Shown here: piece by piece, positions 52,594-63,282 of the stretch | Numbering within the stretch: the first letter of the stretch is position 1 | Layout: each line of letters begins with the position of its first letter | From: Tissierellia bacterium | GTDB taxonomy: Bacteria; Bacillota; Clostridia; Tissierellales; Peptoniphilaceae | Reading direction: 5' to 3' | Length of the DNA stretch: 64,000 nucleotides | Assembly: GCA_030537875.1 (NCBI GenBank) | Contig: JAUNVC010000006.1 | Coordinates: 614 to 64,613 of the forward strand | The notes under the pieces: model-generated | What the model was told of the DNA's origin: nothing | The model's input: only the letters and a program-made list of their open reading frames with translations | Databases searched by the model: none | Translations under genes and position numbers: made by a program

Positions 52594-53477
52594 AATTTAC
52601 TTGGCTTGAGGATTCGGATAATAGATTAGACACTTTCTATGCATGGTTTGATTATACTTCTAGGAGCATATTTGCTAGAGCCATTGATGAAGGACTTGTC
52701 ACAGTCAACGATAAGACTGTGAAACGGAACTATAAATTGACCAATGGGGATAGAGTGGAAATTCAACCGATGGAAGATGAAAATATTACTCCAAAGGATT
52801 TAAACATTGATATTCTATATGAGGATGACCATATACTGATGATAAATAAACCACCATTTTTGGCAGTTCATCCCGCAAAAAGTTTTAAGGGGGATACGGT
52901 GGTTCATTGGTTGCTTCATTATGGCTGTAAATTGAGTGATGGGGAAGATGAAAATCGTCCTGGGATTGTACATCGATTGGATGCAGATACAACGGGAGTT
53001 CTTCTTATTGCAAAAGATAATAGAATTCATCAAAAGTTAAAGGAAATGTTCCAGAATCATAAAGTAAGAAAACAATATATTGCAATCGTACATGGGCTTC
53101 CCAAAGAAGATACATTCACCATCCAAGATCCCATTGGCAGGGGAAATAATCCTACGAAAATGGCAGTCGTCACAAATGGAAGAAATGCGATTACACATGT
53201 CCATGTTTTAAAACGGGCGCAGGATTTTAGTCTATTGGAGTTAGAAATCGAAACGGGAAGAACCCATCAAATTCGAGTGCATCTATCCCATAAAGGCTTT
53301 CCTATAGTAGGAGATCCTGTCTACGGTAGAAAGAAAGAAAAGATTACCGCAAAAAGACAAATGCTTCATGCGAAGTCTCTTAGGTTTCAACATCCAGTAT
53401 TAAAAAAAGAGCTCCATGTTGAAGCTCCGTTGCCAAATGATTTTAAAGAAGTAGGGAAAAAAACCTTACTTATTTGA
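52590..53477 (+). CDS. RluA/RluD-family pseudouridine synthase
   Basis: S4 domain, HRLDADTTG, TGRTHQIRVH, QMLHA. Confidence 0.94.
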   Translation: MKFTWLEDSDNRLDTFYAWFDYTSRSIFARAIDEGLVTVNDKTVKRNYKLTNGDRVEIQPMEDENITPKDLNIDILYEDDHILMINKPPFLAVHPAKSFKGDTVVHWLLHYGCKLSDGEDENRPGIVHRLDADTTGVLLIAKDNRIHQKLKEMFQNHKVRKQYIAIVHGLPKEDTFTIQDPIGRGNNPTKMAVVTNGRNAITHVHVLKRAQDFSLLELEIETGRTHQIRVHLSHKGFPIVGDPVYGRKKEKITAKRQMLHAKSLRFQHPVLKKELHVEAPLPNDFKEVGKKTLLI

Positions 53478-55181
53478 TGGCGATACTGTAATGGTTTTAA
53501 AGTTTTCGTAGGTGACGAGGCCAGGTTTTTGGCCTTTTATTTTTTTTACGTTTTTTACTTCTGTATAGTCAATATCACACTTGGCAGTTTTTCCAGAATA
53601 TTTAGCACAAATTGTGGCTGCAAACTGGATATCGATGTCCTTGGCTTCCTGATTTCCACTGCGCAATATGACGTGGGTGCCGGGTTCATTTCTAACATGA
53701 AACCAAAGATCGCTTTTATGCGCTACTTTAAAGGTCAGTGCATCGTTTTGAACATTGTTTTTACCGACGAGAACATCAAAACCACTGGGACTTTTGTACT
53801 CCTTATAGGTGGATTTTGGTATATGCACCTTTGTTTTCGATTTGAACTTTAATACATGATTATCCATGAGTTCTTTTTTGATATAATGAATATCATCCAG
53901 ACTCTCCGCTTGCTCCAAGTGTAAAAGAACGGACTGAAGATAATGAATCATGTTTTTTGTCGTAGGAATACGTCGGGACAAAATAGCTTCTGTATTTTTT
54001 AGTTTATTGTATCGATTATAGTAGTGCTGTACATTTTCCTTTGGTGATAAAGTTTCTTGTAAAGCAATGGTCATTTTTTCTTGTGAATCAGAATAGAAGT
54101 TGTCAACCTCAATGGATGTTTGACCTTTTTGTATTTTATAAATATTTGCTGCTAAAAGATCAGCTTTTATCTTAATGCTCTCTCTTTTTTTTGATTTTTC
54201 AAAATCTTGCATTTGTATGGAAAGTGTTTTCCGGAGGGCCTCAATTTTTCTCTTTACAGCTTTCGACAACTCATGGGTTCTAGAGGCTTGAATCTTTCTG
54301 TGAGACCGGACTTCATAAAATTCTTTCGTGGCACTTAGCATACTATCAAATGATTTGAATGTAAGACCGGTGTACTCTAATGGAATGGCTGACAAAATTT
54401 TAGGGGTTGTTTGATGATAATAAATTCTGGGTTGAAAACGACATTTTCTAATATTCTCAAATGTTTGCAACAAAACTTCTGTTAAGGTTTCATTTTGTTC
54501 TGTAGTTAGATTACTCATGTTAACTTCTTCAGGTAAATGGGCTTGAAATAAAATTTCCTTGGATATTTCAGGATTAAAGCCTTGTATTTGACGATAGAAT
54601 ACTTTTTTTAAAGGTGTAATTTCATCGGATGAAATGGCCTCCAAAAGAATCGTATCATCCGTTTCTAAGAGGTTTAAGGCTTCTGATTTTGGGAGTACAT
54701 AAGACTCTTTGGGCAGAACCAAACGAAGACTACTCATGTCTGGAAAAACTCGAATAAGAGAGTCGATGATTTCCTTTGTATCAGGTCGATATATGATGAG
54801 ATTGGAATATTTTCCCATAATCTCAAAATTCAAATGGAGTATGGAAGAGTCAAAATGATCGGCAGAAGTTTTAATCTCAAAGGTCAATATACGATCCATC
54901 CCCACTTGATAGATATCTTGGATACGGGCACCAATAAAATATTTTCTTAACAGCATACAAAACATGGGTGGTTGTTTGGGGCTATCCATCTTTTCGCTCG
55001 TTAAAAAAAGGGTTGGGGTGTCAGTTGAAAAACAAAATTTTAAGTTTAAATTTTGATTGGAAGCTCTCACATAAAAAGAAACATCTCGATTTTCTTGATA
55101 TACCTTGTCAATTCTTGCTCCCTGCAACACACTTTTTAACTCCGAGGCTAAAGCTCGTAGAGAAACACCATTTAAACTCAT
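53466..55181 (-). CDS. rqcH: Ribosome quality control protein RqcH (FbpA/NFACT)
   Basis: PPMFCMLLRK, EIMGKYSNLI, GKNNVQND, WFH...PGTHV, KPGLV. Confidence 0.93.
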   Translation of the reverse strand: MSLNGVSLRALASELKSVLQGARIDKVYQENRDVSFYVRASNQNLNLKFCFSTDTPTLFLTSEKMDSPKQPPMFCMLLRKYFIGARIQDIYQVGMDRILTFEIKTSADHFDSSILHLNFEIMGKYSNLIIYRPDTKEIIDSLIRVFPDMSSLRLVLPKESYVLPKSEALNLLETDDTILLEAISSDEITPLKKVFYRQIQGFNPEISKEILFQAHLPEEVNMSNLTTEQNETLTEVLLQTFENIRKCRFQPRIYYHQTTPKILSAIPLEYTGLTFKSFDSMLSATKEFYEVRSHRKIQASRTHELSKAVKRKIEALRKTLSIQMQDFEKSKKRESIKIKADLLAANIYKIQKGQTSIEVDNFYSDSQEKMTIALQETLSPKENVQHYYNRYNKLKNTEAILSRRIPTTKNMIHYLQSVLLHLEQAESLDDIHYIKKELMDNHVLKFKSKTKVHIPKSTYKEYKSPSGFDVLVGKNNVQNDALTFKVAHKSDLWFHVRNEPGTHVILRSGNQEAKDIDIQFAATICAKYSGKTAKCDIDYTEVKNVKKIKGQKPGLVTYENFKTITVSPSNK

Positions 55182-55342
55182 TGTATCACCTCATCTACAT
55201 ATATTATAAGGCAAGGACAACAGGCAAGACAAATATGTACAATAATTCATAATTCATTGCTTATTTGTCAAAATACAGATATGATGGATATAAAGAAAAT
55301 CAAATCAATAAGGAGAAAATTTTGAATAGGTGGTGGAATACT

Positions 55343-55957
55343 TTGAGTAGAGGATTTCTGTTGGTTTTATCAGGGCCTTCAGGTGCTGGAAAGGGAACAG
55401 TAAGCAAAGAACTTATACAGCGAAATGAGGATATTGTTTTTTCTATCAGCGCTACAACACGAGATAAAAGACCTGGTGAACAGGATGGAGTGAATTATTA
55501 TTTTATGGACGAAGAAACATTTGATGCAAAGGCAAATGCGGGTGAATTTTTAGAATATGCCCACGTGCATAACGATAAGTATGCGACTCCCAAAGAATTT
55601 GTAATGAACAAAGTTGCCGAAGGGGAGATTGTATTGTTAGAGATTGACGTCCAAGGGGCCTTGCAGATTAAAAAGAATTATAAGAACGCAGTATTTATGT
55701 TTCTCTTGCCCCCTAGTATGACCGAATTAAAACGAAGAATAGAAGGCAGACAAACAGAAACTGAAGAAGAGATAGAATTGCGATATTCCAACGCGTTTAA
55801 AGAGTTGGACTTTGTCAATGAATATGACTATTTTGTGGTAAACGATACGGTAGAACAAGCTGTTCTCGATATGGAAGCCATTATAAGAGCAGAAAAACAT
55901 AGAGTTAAACGATTCAAATATATAAAAGAAAGAGTTATAGGAGAAAAAAATGTATAA
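55343..55957 (+). CDS. gmk: Guanylate kinase
   Basis: SGPSGAGKGT, SATTR..RPGE.DG, EIDVQGA; TTG start after GGTGG. Confidence 0.96.
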   Translation: MSRGFLLVLSGPSGAGKGTVSKELIQRNEDIVFSISATTRDKRPGEQDGVNYYFMDEETFDAKANAGEFLEYAHVHNDKYATPKEFVMNKVAEGEIVLLEIDVQGALQIKKNYKNAVFMFLLPPSMTELKRRIEGRQTETEEEIELRYSNAFKELDFVNEYDYFVVNDTVEQAVLDMEAIIRAEKHRVKRFKYIKERVIGEKNV

Positions 55958-56153
55958 TCCATCATCAAAAGTTTTAGGAGAAAATGTAAGTCGCTATACC
56001 CTGGTAATGGTTGTGGCAAAGAGGGCACGTCAGATTGTCCAGGGATCCACATCAAAAGTTCATACAGATTATGAAAACCCAATTTCCATTGCTTTGGAAG
56101 AGATAAGAGAAGGAAAAATTGAATATAGGGAAGTTGAACATGTGGAAAAATAA
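55950..56153 (+). CDS. rpoZ: RNA polymerase omega subunit
   Basis: SRYTLV..AKRARQI, ALEEI. Confidence 0.94.
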   Translation: MYNPSSKVLGENVSRYTLVMVVAKRARQIVQGSTSKVHTDYENPISIALEEIREGKIEYREVEHVEK

Positions 56154-57327
56154 GCGTGTTCTTCTTGGTGTAACAGGAGGGATAGCGGCCTATAAGGCAA
56201 TTCACTTGGCCAGTCAATTAACCAAAAGAGGAGCCATCGTTGATGTTGTATTTACACCAGCTGCAAAACAATTTGTCACGGCTTTATCCTTTTCCTCGAT
56301 CACAGGAAGAGGAGTGTACGAAGACATGTTTACGCATATAAATGGTGAGATTGCACATATTCATTTGTCAAAGGTAGACTATATTCTTATGGTTCCTGCT
56401 ACGAAGAATGAAATTGCAAAGCTTGCTAGTGGTGTAGCTGATAATTTATTGCTCAATACGATCTATGCATCTAAAGCAAAGATTTATATTGCACCAGCGA
56501 TGAACACAACTATGTATACACATAAGACCACAGAAGATGCACTGGATACATTAAGGTCTTTTGGATATACCATTATACCACCTGTATCTGGGATTTTGGC
56601 ATGTAAAGAACACGGCATTGGAAAGCTTGATGAGCCAGAGCATATTCTTGAATTCATTGAGGAACATGAAACTCACTTGGATGGAATCTTTAAAGGGAAA
56701 AATGTCATTCTAACAGGAGGACCGACCATTTCGAAGATGGATCCAGTTCGTATATTCACGAATCAGTCTTCTGGTAAAATGGCCAATGCACTTGGTGTAG
56801 CGCTTAAAAAAAGAGGAGCCAATGTTTCTTATATCGGTTATTTCGAACCCACATTTGGACCAGAAAAATATATTCATATTGAAACAACAGAAGAAATGTT
56901 AGAAGCCGTGAAAGAAGCTTCAAAACAAGGCGATATCTTCATAATGTGTGCTGCACCATTGGATTATGCGTTTGAGAGTTATTCAACACAAAAAGTAAAA
57001 AAAGCTGGGGATCTCGTTATAAAGCTGAAGCGAACACCAGATATTTTGAAGACATTAAAAAAAGAAGTTCAAGAAATGATCGTTATAGGATTTGCTGCGG
57101 AGACAGAAAATCATATGGAAAACGGGATGAAGAAATTAACAGAAAAAGAAATGGACTATATAATTGTCAACGACGTGTCTAGCAAGACGATGGGAATGGG
57201 TTCTGCAATGAATGCGGGAACGATATTGCACCGTTCTGGCGATAGAAAAGAAATCCATCCCATGAATAAAGACTGCATGGCAGAAGAAATTTTAGAATTT
57301 GTTGAGGCACAGGAGACATGTATGTAG
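56140..57327 (+). CDS. coaBC: Bifunctional PPC decarboxylase/synthetase
   Basis: GVTGGIAAYK, PAMN, DPVR..TN.SSGKM, GFAAET. Confidence 0.95.
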   Translation: MWKNKRVLLGVTGGIAAYKAIHLASQLTKRGAIVDVVFTPAAKQFVTALSFSSITGRGVYEDMFTHINGEIAHIHLSKVDYILMVPATKNEIAKLASGVADNLLLNTIYASKAKIYIAPAMNTTMYTHKTTEDALDTLRSFGYTIIPPVSGILACKEHGIGKLDEPEHILEFIEEHETHLDGIFKGKNVILTGGPTISKMDPVRIFTNQSSGKMANALGVALKKRGANVSYIGYFEPTFGPEKYIHIETTEEMLEAVKEASKQGDIFIMCAAPLDYAFESYSTQKVKKAGDLVIKLKRTPDILKTLKKEVQEMIVIGFAAETENHMENGMKKLTEKEMDYIIVNDVSSKTMGMGSAMNAGTILHRSGDRKEIHPMNKDCMAEEILEFVEAQETCM

Positions 57328-59648
57328 AAGTACTCATTAACCGAAACATAGATTCACTAGATAAACCTTTTACCTATCACGTTCCTGTAAACTTGGAAGA
57401 AAGTACACGTGTTGGATGTAGAGTCATCGTGCCGTTTGGTAAGGCCAATCAGCCAATTTCTGGTATTATAACAAATCTCTCCCAGGATGGGACACCGGAT
57501 TTTGAAACGAAAGATATTTTTCGTATCGTAGATAAAGAACCGTTCATTCAAGACGAAGAATTGGAACTTGCTGACTTTATCTCTAGTCAGACTTTTTGTA
57601 ATCGCATGGAGGCTATCAAGCTATTTTTGCCACCTGGAGACATGAATTCCATCGAAAAAATTCTTGTTCCTAGAGAAAATGCTCCTGAACTTTTTAACAA
57701 GAAGGATGTATTGAGAGAGCATGAGTGGAGTAAAATTGACAGTGATACCATTGCACACTGGATGAATGAAGGTCGGGTATCCTTCTGTTATCGTCTGGAT
57801 GGGAAGCAAACCCGATACAGTAAGATTTTGTATAAAGTTAGCTCACTGACTCCTACGACTCAAAAATTAACACAAAAGCAAAGAGATGTCTACGAACTTG
57901 TCCAACAAGAGTCCTTAGAAAAATCCGAAATCATGGAACGACTGGGCATATCAGATACACCCATAAAAAATCTTGAGGCTAAAGGATTGCTGTGTACGGA
58001 GAGAGTATACTACAAAAAAACATTACAAGAAACGGAAAGGTATAAAAAGCATGCTCTGAATCCTGCGCAGCAAGAAGTATTCGATGAAATTTTATCTGCC
58101 GATAAGAATCCTTTTTTCTTACTCCATGGAGTGACGGGATCAGGTAAGACAGAATTATATTTGCAGCTGGTAGAAAAAATATTGAATCAAGGGAAAAATG
58201 CAATCATTTTAGTTCCAGAAATTGGACTGACGCCACAAACGGTTGCACGGTTCAAAGGTAGATTTAAGGAAGAAATTGCAATTATACATTCTCAGCTTAC
58301 GACAAAAGAGCGATTTAATGAATGGATTCGTATTAAAAATGGGGATGCAAGAATTGTAGTAGGAGCAAGATCAGCTATTTTTGCGCCTATGAAAAATATC
58401 GGAATTATAGTCATTGATGAAGAGCATGATAATTCTTATATTTCAAGCAAAACTCCCAAATATCGCACGGTAGACATAGCTGAGTTTCGTGCACGAAAAA
58501 ACAATGCAATATTACTCCTTGGCACAGCAACACCGGGGATTGAAACATACTGGAAGTCAAAAACAGGGGAATATAAACTGCTAGAAATAAGTACTAGAGC
58601 TAATAATCAACCCTTGCCATCGGTGCAGTTAGTGGATATGGCGGCAGAGTTAAAAAATGGAAACACTTCTATTTTTTCATTGGCGTTATATGAGGCCCTA
58701 CTTCGGAATTTACAGGAAAAGAAACAGTCTATGCTCTTTCTTAACAGAAGAGGTTTTTCTAGTTTCATTACCTGTCGATCCTGTGGTGAAGCAATCACCT
58801 GTGAGCATTGTGATGTTTCTATGACGTATCATAAAAAAGACAATCATTTACTTTGTCACTACTGTGGAAACATAAAAAAAGTTCCCGACGAATGTCCAAT
58901 ATGTCAGTCAAAAAAAATTAAAGACTTTGGAGTTGGTACGGAGCAAGTTGAAACTATGGTGCGACAGTTATTTCCACAAGCTAGAGTGAGAAGGATGGAT
59001 CGTGATACGACTTCCAAAAGAGGGGAGCATTTCAAAATTTGGAAGGATATGAACCAAGGAAAGATAGACATTCTAATTGGTACACAGATGATAACAAAGG
59101 GACTTGATTTTAAAAATGTTACTCTTGTTGGAATATTAGCCGCAGATATGACATTGAAACTACCCGACTTTCGTAGCGCGGAATGGACTTTTTCAATGAT
59201 TCAGCAAGTTTCAGGTAGAGCTGGACGAGGAACGGATCCTGGAAAAGTAATTTTACAAACATATCAACCAGACCATTTCGCCATTGCATCAAGTGTGAAA
59301 GGAGATTATCTATCATTTTATTCACGGGAAATTAGTCTTAGACGAGAGTTTTTTTATCCGCCATATTCAAATATTGTATTGGTGCGTTCCTTGAACCAAA
59401 ATAATATTTCGGCTCACAACACTTTGATCCGAATCTATGATGAAATGTGTGTGTATAAAAAAATGGAAGGATTAAAAAGTGAGATGTATCATCCCAATCC
59501 GGCTCCTCTTTCAAAGATTAAGAATACGTATCGCTGGCAGTTTATGATGAAATGCGAAAAAGAAGAACTGGAAAGGGTATTATTAAAATTAAAGCAACTT
59601 GGTGGATCTGACATACAAGTAGATGTTGATCCCATAAATATGATGTAA
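57318..59648 (+). CDS. priA: Primosomal protein N'
   Basis: GVTGSGKTE, DEEHD, Cys-rich Zn fingers, QVSGRAGR. Confidence 0.97.
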   Translation: MYVEVLINRNIDSLDKPFTYHVPVNLEESTRVGCRVIVPFGKANQPISGIITNLSQDGTPDFETKDIFRIVDKEPFIQDEELELADFISSQTFCNRMEAIKLFLPPGDMNSIEKILVPRENAPELFNKKDVLREHEWSKIDSDTIAHWMNEGRVSFCYRLDGKQTRYSKILYKVSSLTPTTQKLTQKQRDVYELVQQESLEKSEIMERLGISDTPIKNLEAKGLLCTERVYYKKTLQETERYKKHALNPAQQEVFDEILSADKNPFFLLHGVTGSGKTELYLQLVEKILNQGKNAIILVPEIGLTPQTVARFKGRFKEEIAIIHSQLTTKERFNEWIRIKNGDARIVVGARSAIFAPMKNIGIIVIDEEHDNSYISSKTPKYRTVDIAEFRARKNNAILLLGTATPGIETYWKSKTGEYKLLEISTRANNQPLPSVQLVDMAAELKNGNTSIFSLALYEALLRNLQEKKQSMLFLNRRGFSSFITCRSCGEAITCEHCDVSMTYHKKDNHLLCHYCGNIKKVPDECPICQSKKIKDFGVGTEQVETMVRQLFPQARVRRMDRDTTSKRGEHFKIWKDMNQGKIDILIGTQMITKGLDFKNVTLVGILAADMTLKLPDFRSAEWTFSMIQQVSGRAGRGTDPGKVILQTYQPDHFAIASSVKGDYLSFYSREISLRREFFYPPYSNIVLVRSLNQNNISAHNTLIRIYDEMCVYKKMEGLKSEMYHPNPAPLSKIKNTYRWQFMMKCEKEELERVLLKLKQLGGSDIQVDVDPINMM

Positions 59649-59658
59649 GGAGGAACAT

Positions 59659-60117
59659 ATGGCATTACGTCAATTAAGAACAATAGGAGATCCTATTTTG
59701 GGGAAACGCTCCAAAGAGATAAAGGAAATTGATGATAAGTTATTGGCTTTGATTGATGACATGGAAGAGACCATGCTGGCTACCGATGGTGTGGGAATTG
59801 CCGCTGTTCAGGTAGGGGTATTGAAACGGGTGGTTTTGGTTCGACCTGAAGATGAAACCAGGGTCTGTATTAATCCTGTGATGCTCCATCAAGAAGGATC
59901 TCAGATTGGAATAGAAGGATGTTTAAGTGTGCCCAATCGAAGTGGGCAAGTGGAACGGCCCAATCGAGTTAAAGTGTCCTATATGGATGTTCACGGGAAG
60001 GAGCACATTGTTGAAGCCGAAGGTTTTGAGGCCAGAATTTTTTGCCACGAGATAGATCATATCAATGGGACCTTATATGTGGAGAGACTTGTAGAAGATG
60101 AAGATTCTGTTCTTTAG
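59659..60117 (+). CDS. def: Peptide deformylase
   Basis: GVGIAAVQVG, EGCLS, HEIDH. Confidence 0.96.
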   Translation: MALRQLRTIGDPILGKRSKEIKEIDDKLLALIDDMEETMLATDGVGIAAVQVGVLKRVVLVRPEDETRVCINPVMLHQEGSQIGIEGCLSVPNRSGQVERPNRVKVSYMDVHGKEHIVEAEGFEARIFCHEIDHINGTLYVERLVEDEDSVL

Positions 60118-61024
60118 TTCTACTTCATTCGGTGCTGAACTTTTAAAAGTAATACTAGGTTCAAAACATGAAATTGTGGGTGTTGTGACCCGTAGCGACA
60201 AAGTTAGGAAAAGAGGGAATCGGGTCGAAATGACTCCTGTAAAAAAAGTGGCCATGGAAGCCGATCAAGAGATTCCTATTTTTGAATTGGACGCAATTAC
60301 AAATGAAGATGTCTTTGGATTGAAAGAAACAAGACCTGATATGATACTGGTGGTTGCCTATGGCGTTATTTTACCAAGAAACGTTCTTGAAATAGCATCA
60401 AAGTCCGTCAACATACATGCGTCTCTACTTCCTCAATTTAGAGGAGCCACACCAATTGAATCTGCTATATTACATGGTGTAAAAGAGACGGGTATCACCT
60501 ACATGGAAATGGATGAGGGCATGGACACGGGAGAGATTTATACATCATACCCCGTTGAGATTTCATCAACAACCAATTTTGATACATTGGAATTCATGTT
60601 GTTGAATTTAGCGAAAGATTCAATTCTTACTGTGATAGAAGATATAGCTTCAGAGAAATTACAATCTACGCCTCAAATTGGCGAAGCTAGCTATACAAAA
60701 AAAATTGAAAAAAAGGACACAGAAATAGATCTTAATAAAAGCCGTGTGTTCGTTATGAATCAGATCAATGCTTTGGATTCACATATTGGTGCGAGACTTT
60801 TTTTCGAAGGCAAAGCCATCAAGTTATTCGGGGCTGCGTTGCATGATGTCAGTGTTGCTCCTGGCCATATTGCTACACTAAAGAATGGGATATATGTTGG
60901 AGCCTCCGATGGGGCCCTACAAATAAATGAAATTCAGATGCCCGGGAAACGCAAGATGAAAGCCAGTGAATTTATCCGTGGGAACAGGTTGGAAGGAATT
61001 GTGGATGGATATAATAAACGATAG
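60098..61024 (+). CDS. fmt: Methionyl-tRNA formyltransferase
   Basis: VVAYG, NIHASLLP..RGA.PI, MDEGMDTG, QMPGKRKM. Confidence 0.94.
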   Translation: MKILFFSSTSFGAELLKVILGSKHEIVGVVTRSDKVRKRGNRVEMTPVKKVAMEADQEIPIFELDAITNEDVFGLKETRPDMILVVAYGVILPRNVLEIASKSVNIHASLLPQFRGATPIESAILHGVKETGITYMEMDEGMDTGEIYTSYPVEISSTTNFDTLEFMLLNLAKDSILTVIEDIASEKLQSTPQIGEASYTKKIEKKDTEIDLNKSRVFVMNQINALDSHIGARLFFEGKAIKLFGAALHDVSVAPGHIATLKNGIYVGASDGALQINEIQMPGKRKMKASEFIRGNRLEGIVDGYNKR

Positions 61025-62234
61025 AAAATTAATATTTCACACCCTGTATAATATAATTGAAGAAAATAAATACTCCAATATAGAGTTGAGAAAAATTCAA
61101 TCGAATCATCAGGCATTCATCACAGATATGGTGTATGGGATTTTGGAAAGAAAAGCTACCTTGGATTTTGTGATACAATCTCTATCTACTGTATCGTTTC
61201 AAAAAATTCATCCCAATGTTCGGATCCTACTATACATGGGGATTTATCAACTTCTCTTCATGCGAGTAAAAGATCATGCCGCGGTTTACGAAACTGTAGA
61301 ATTAGGGAAAGAAATTCTACACAAAGGTTCTATAAAATTCTTAAATGGAATGTTACGGAATTTACAACGCAAAAGAGATTCCATCGAAAAAATGATCAAG
61401 GATAGTGATATGGATATTCGATACTCGATATCCAAGGAATTTTTACAACTGTTGAGAGAAGACTTCGATGAGCAAACGGTAGAAACCATTTTAAAGGATT
61501 CGTTGGAACCTAAATACAATCATGTGTATCTTCGACGAAAAGAAATGGAAATCATCGGCTTCTTAAAACAAAAAAATATTCCTCACTGCAAAAAAGAAGA
61601 TTTTTTAATCTTTAGAGGGCCCATGTCACTTTTAGAGATTTTCTACAAAGCGGGAGATATTTCATACATGGACATTTCAACTTCTGCTATTCGTTATGTG
61701 ATACCTGAGAAAGTCGATAGAGTCTTAGAATTGTGCGCAGCACCTGGTGGTAAAACAACTTTGATAGCAGATGTACTACCTCACGCTGAGATTGATGCAA
61801 TTGAAATTCACAGTCACAGAGCAGAGGTTCTAGAAAGAAATCTAAAAAGAATGGGCATTCAAAATGTCCAAGTCATTGTGGCTGATGGAATTCATTTTTC
61901 TTCCTCAAAACCCTATGATTTGGTCAGTATCGATGCACCGTGTAGTGGTTCTGGGGTCATAGGACGCAGACCAGAATTAAGGTATAAAATTAACCGAAAA
62001 ATGATAAAAGAATTGCAGTCTACACAATTTGATCTTCTCAGTAATGCAATTGAGCAGACAAAAGCAAAGGGAACTATACTATATTCTACATGCTCTATTC
62101 TAAAAAAAGAAAATGAGGAAGTCATTGAAAAAGTCACAAATGCGTTTCCTGTAACAAAGGTAAAGCAGGCATTGATTCTCCCAACGGATGGGAAAGAGGG
62201 CTTTTATATTGCATTACTAAAAAAGGATGAGTAA
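61005..62234 (+). CDS. rsmB: 16S rRNA m5C967 methyltransferase RsmB/Sun
   Basis: NusB-like N-terminus, CAAPGGKT, DAPCSGSG, YSTCS. Confidence 0.93.
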   Translation: MDIINDRKLIFHTLYNIIEENKYSNIELRKIQSNHQAFITDMVYGILERKATLDFVIQSLSTVSFQKIHPNVRILLYMGIYQLLFMRVKDHAAVYETVELGKEILHKGSIKFLNGMLRNLQRKRDSIEKMIKDSDMDIRYSISKEFLQLLREDFDEQTVETILKDSLEPKYNHVYLRRKEMEIIGFLKQKNIPHCKKEDFLIFRGPMSLLEIFYKAGDISYMDISTSAIRYVIPEKVDRVLELCAAPGGKTTLIADVLPHAEIDAIEIHSHRAEVLERNLKRMGIQNVQVIVADGIHFSSSKPYDLVSIDAPCSGSGVIGRRPELRYKINRKMIKELQSTQFDLLSNAIEQTKAKGTILYSTCSILKKENEEVIEKVTNAFPVTKVKQALILPTDGKEGFYIALLKKDE

Positions 62235-63282
62235 AGTGAAAGATACCATTTATTTAGATTCTCTTCCTCTGAAGGAACTTCAAACCTTAGTATTAGAAGC
62301 AGGATTAGAAAAGTTCAGAGCAAAGCAAATTTTCCAATCCCTTCACAAGCATAGAAATACATCGATAAAAGACATAAAAGGTCTGTCCGCTAGAGACTTG
62401 AACTGGTTGGAGAATGAATATGCACTTACAGAAATTTCCATAGCCCATGTTGTTCGAAGCAATAAAGATGGCACAGAAAAATTTCTATTCCGCTTGGAAG
62501 ATGAAAATTTGATTGAAGCTGTGTATATGCCATACAAAGATAGAACCTCTCTTTGTATTTCTAGCCAGGTCGGTTGCAATATGGGATGCGTTTTTTGCGC
62601 ATCTACCAAAGGAGGAAAAGCAAGAAATTTATCAGCAGGAGAGATGGTTCGACAGCTCTATTCAATTGAAGAGGTTACACAATCCAGTATCAACAATATT
62701 GTGGTTATGGGGCAAGGTGAACCGCTTGAAAATTATACGCCTTTAGTACATTTTTTAAAAATAGTATCGGATCCCGATGGGGCCAATAAAAGTTTACGAA
62801 AAATAACGGTTTCCACCTGTGGTCTCACAGATAAAATATATGCTTTGGCAGAGGAAGGATTACCGGTTACTTTGGCAGTATCCTTACATAGGACAACAGA
62901 TGAATCTAGAACAGCCTTGATGCCAATCAATAGAAAATACCCTTTGAAAGAATTATTACAAAGTATCAAGTACTACAAAGATACAACGGGAAGACGGGTA
63001 TCATTTGAGTATATGGTTATTGGAGGAGAGAATGATTCTTTAGAGGATGCAAAAAGACTTAAAAACATGGTAAAATATACAGAGGCTCATGTAAACATTT
63101 TAAAATTAAACCCCATTGAAGAATATGTATTAAAGGGAGACCCCATGGCTGCAGAAAAATTTTGCAAAACACTACATTCTATAGGTGTATACGCTACCTT
63201 TAGAAAAAGTATGGGGCAGGATATAGAAGGGGCCTGTGGACAGTTGAGAAGAAAGTTTAAAGCGGGAGATTTAAAACAATGA
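62227..63282 (+). CDS. rlmN: Dual-specificity RNA methyltransferase RlmN
   Basis: CISSQVGCNMGCVFC, MGQGEP, GACGQL. Confidence 0.96.
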   Translation: MSKVKDTIYLDSLPLKELQTLVLEAGLEKFRAKQIFQSLHKHRNTSIKDIKGLSARDLNWLENEYALTEISIAHVVRSNKDGTEKFLFRLEDENLIEAVYMPYKDRTSLCISSQVGCNMGCVFCASTKGGKARNLSAGEMVRQLYSIEEVTQSSINNIVVMGQGEPLENYTPLVHFLKIVSDPDGANKSLRKITVSTCGLTDKIYALAEEGLPVTLAVSLHRTTDESRTALMPINRKYPLKELLQSIKYYKDTTGRRVSFEYMVIGGENDSLEDAKRLKNMVKYTEAHVNILKLNPIEEYVLKGDPMAAEKFCKTLHSIGVYATFRKSMGQDIEGACGQLRRKFKAGDLKQ

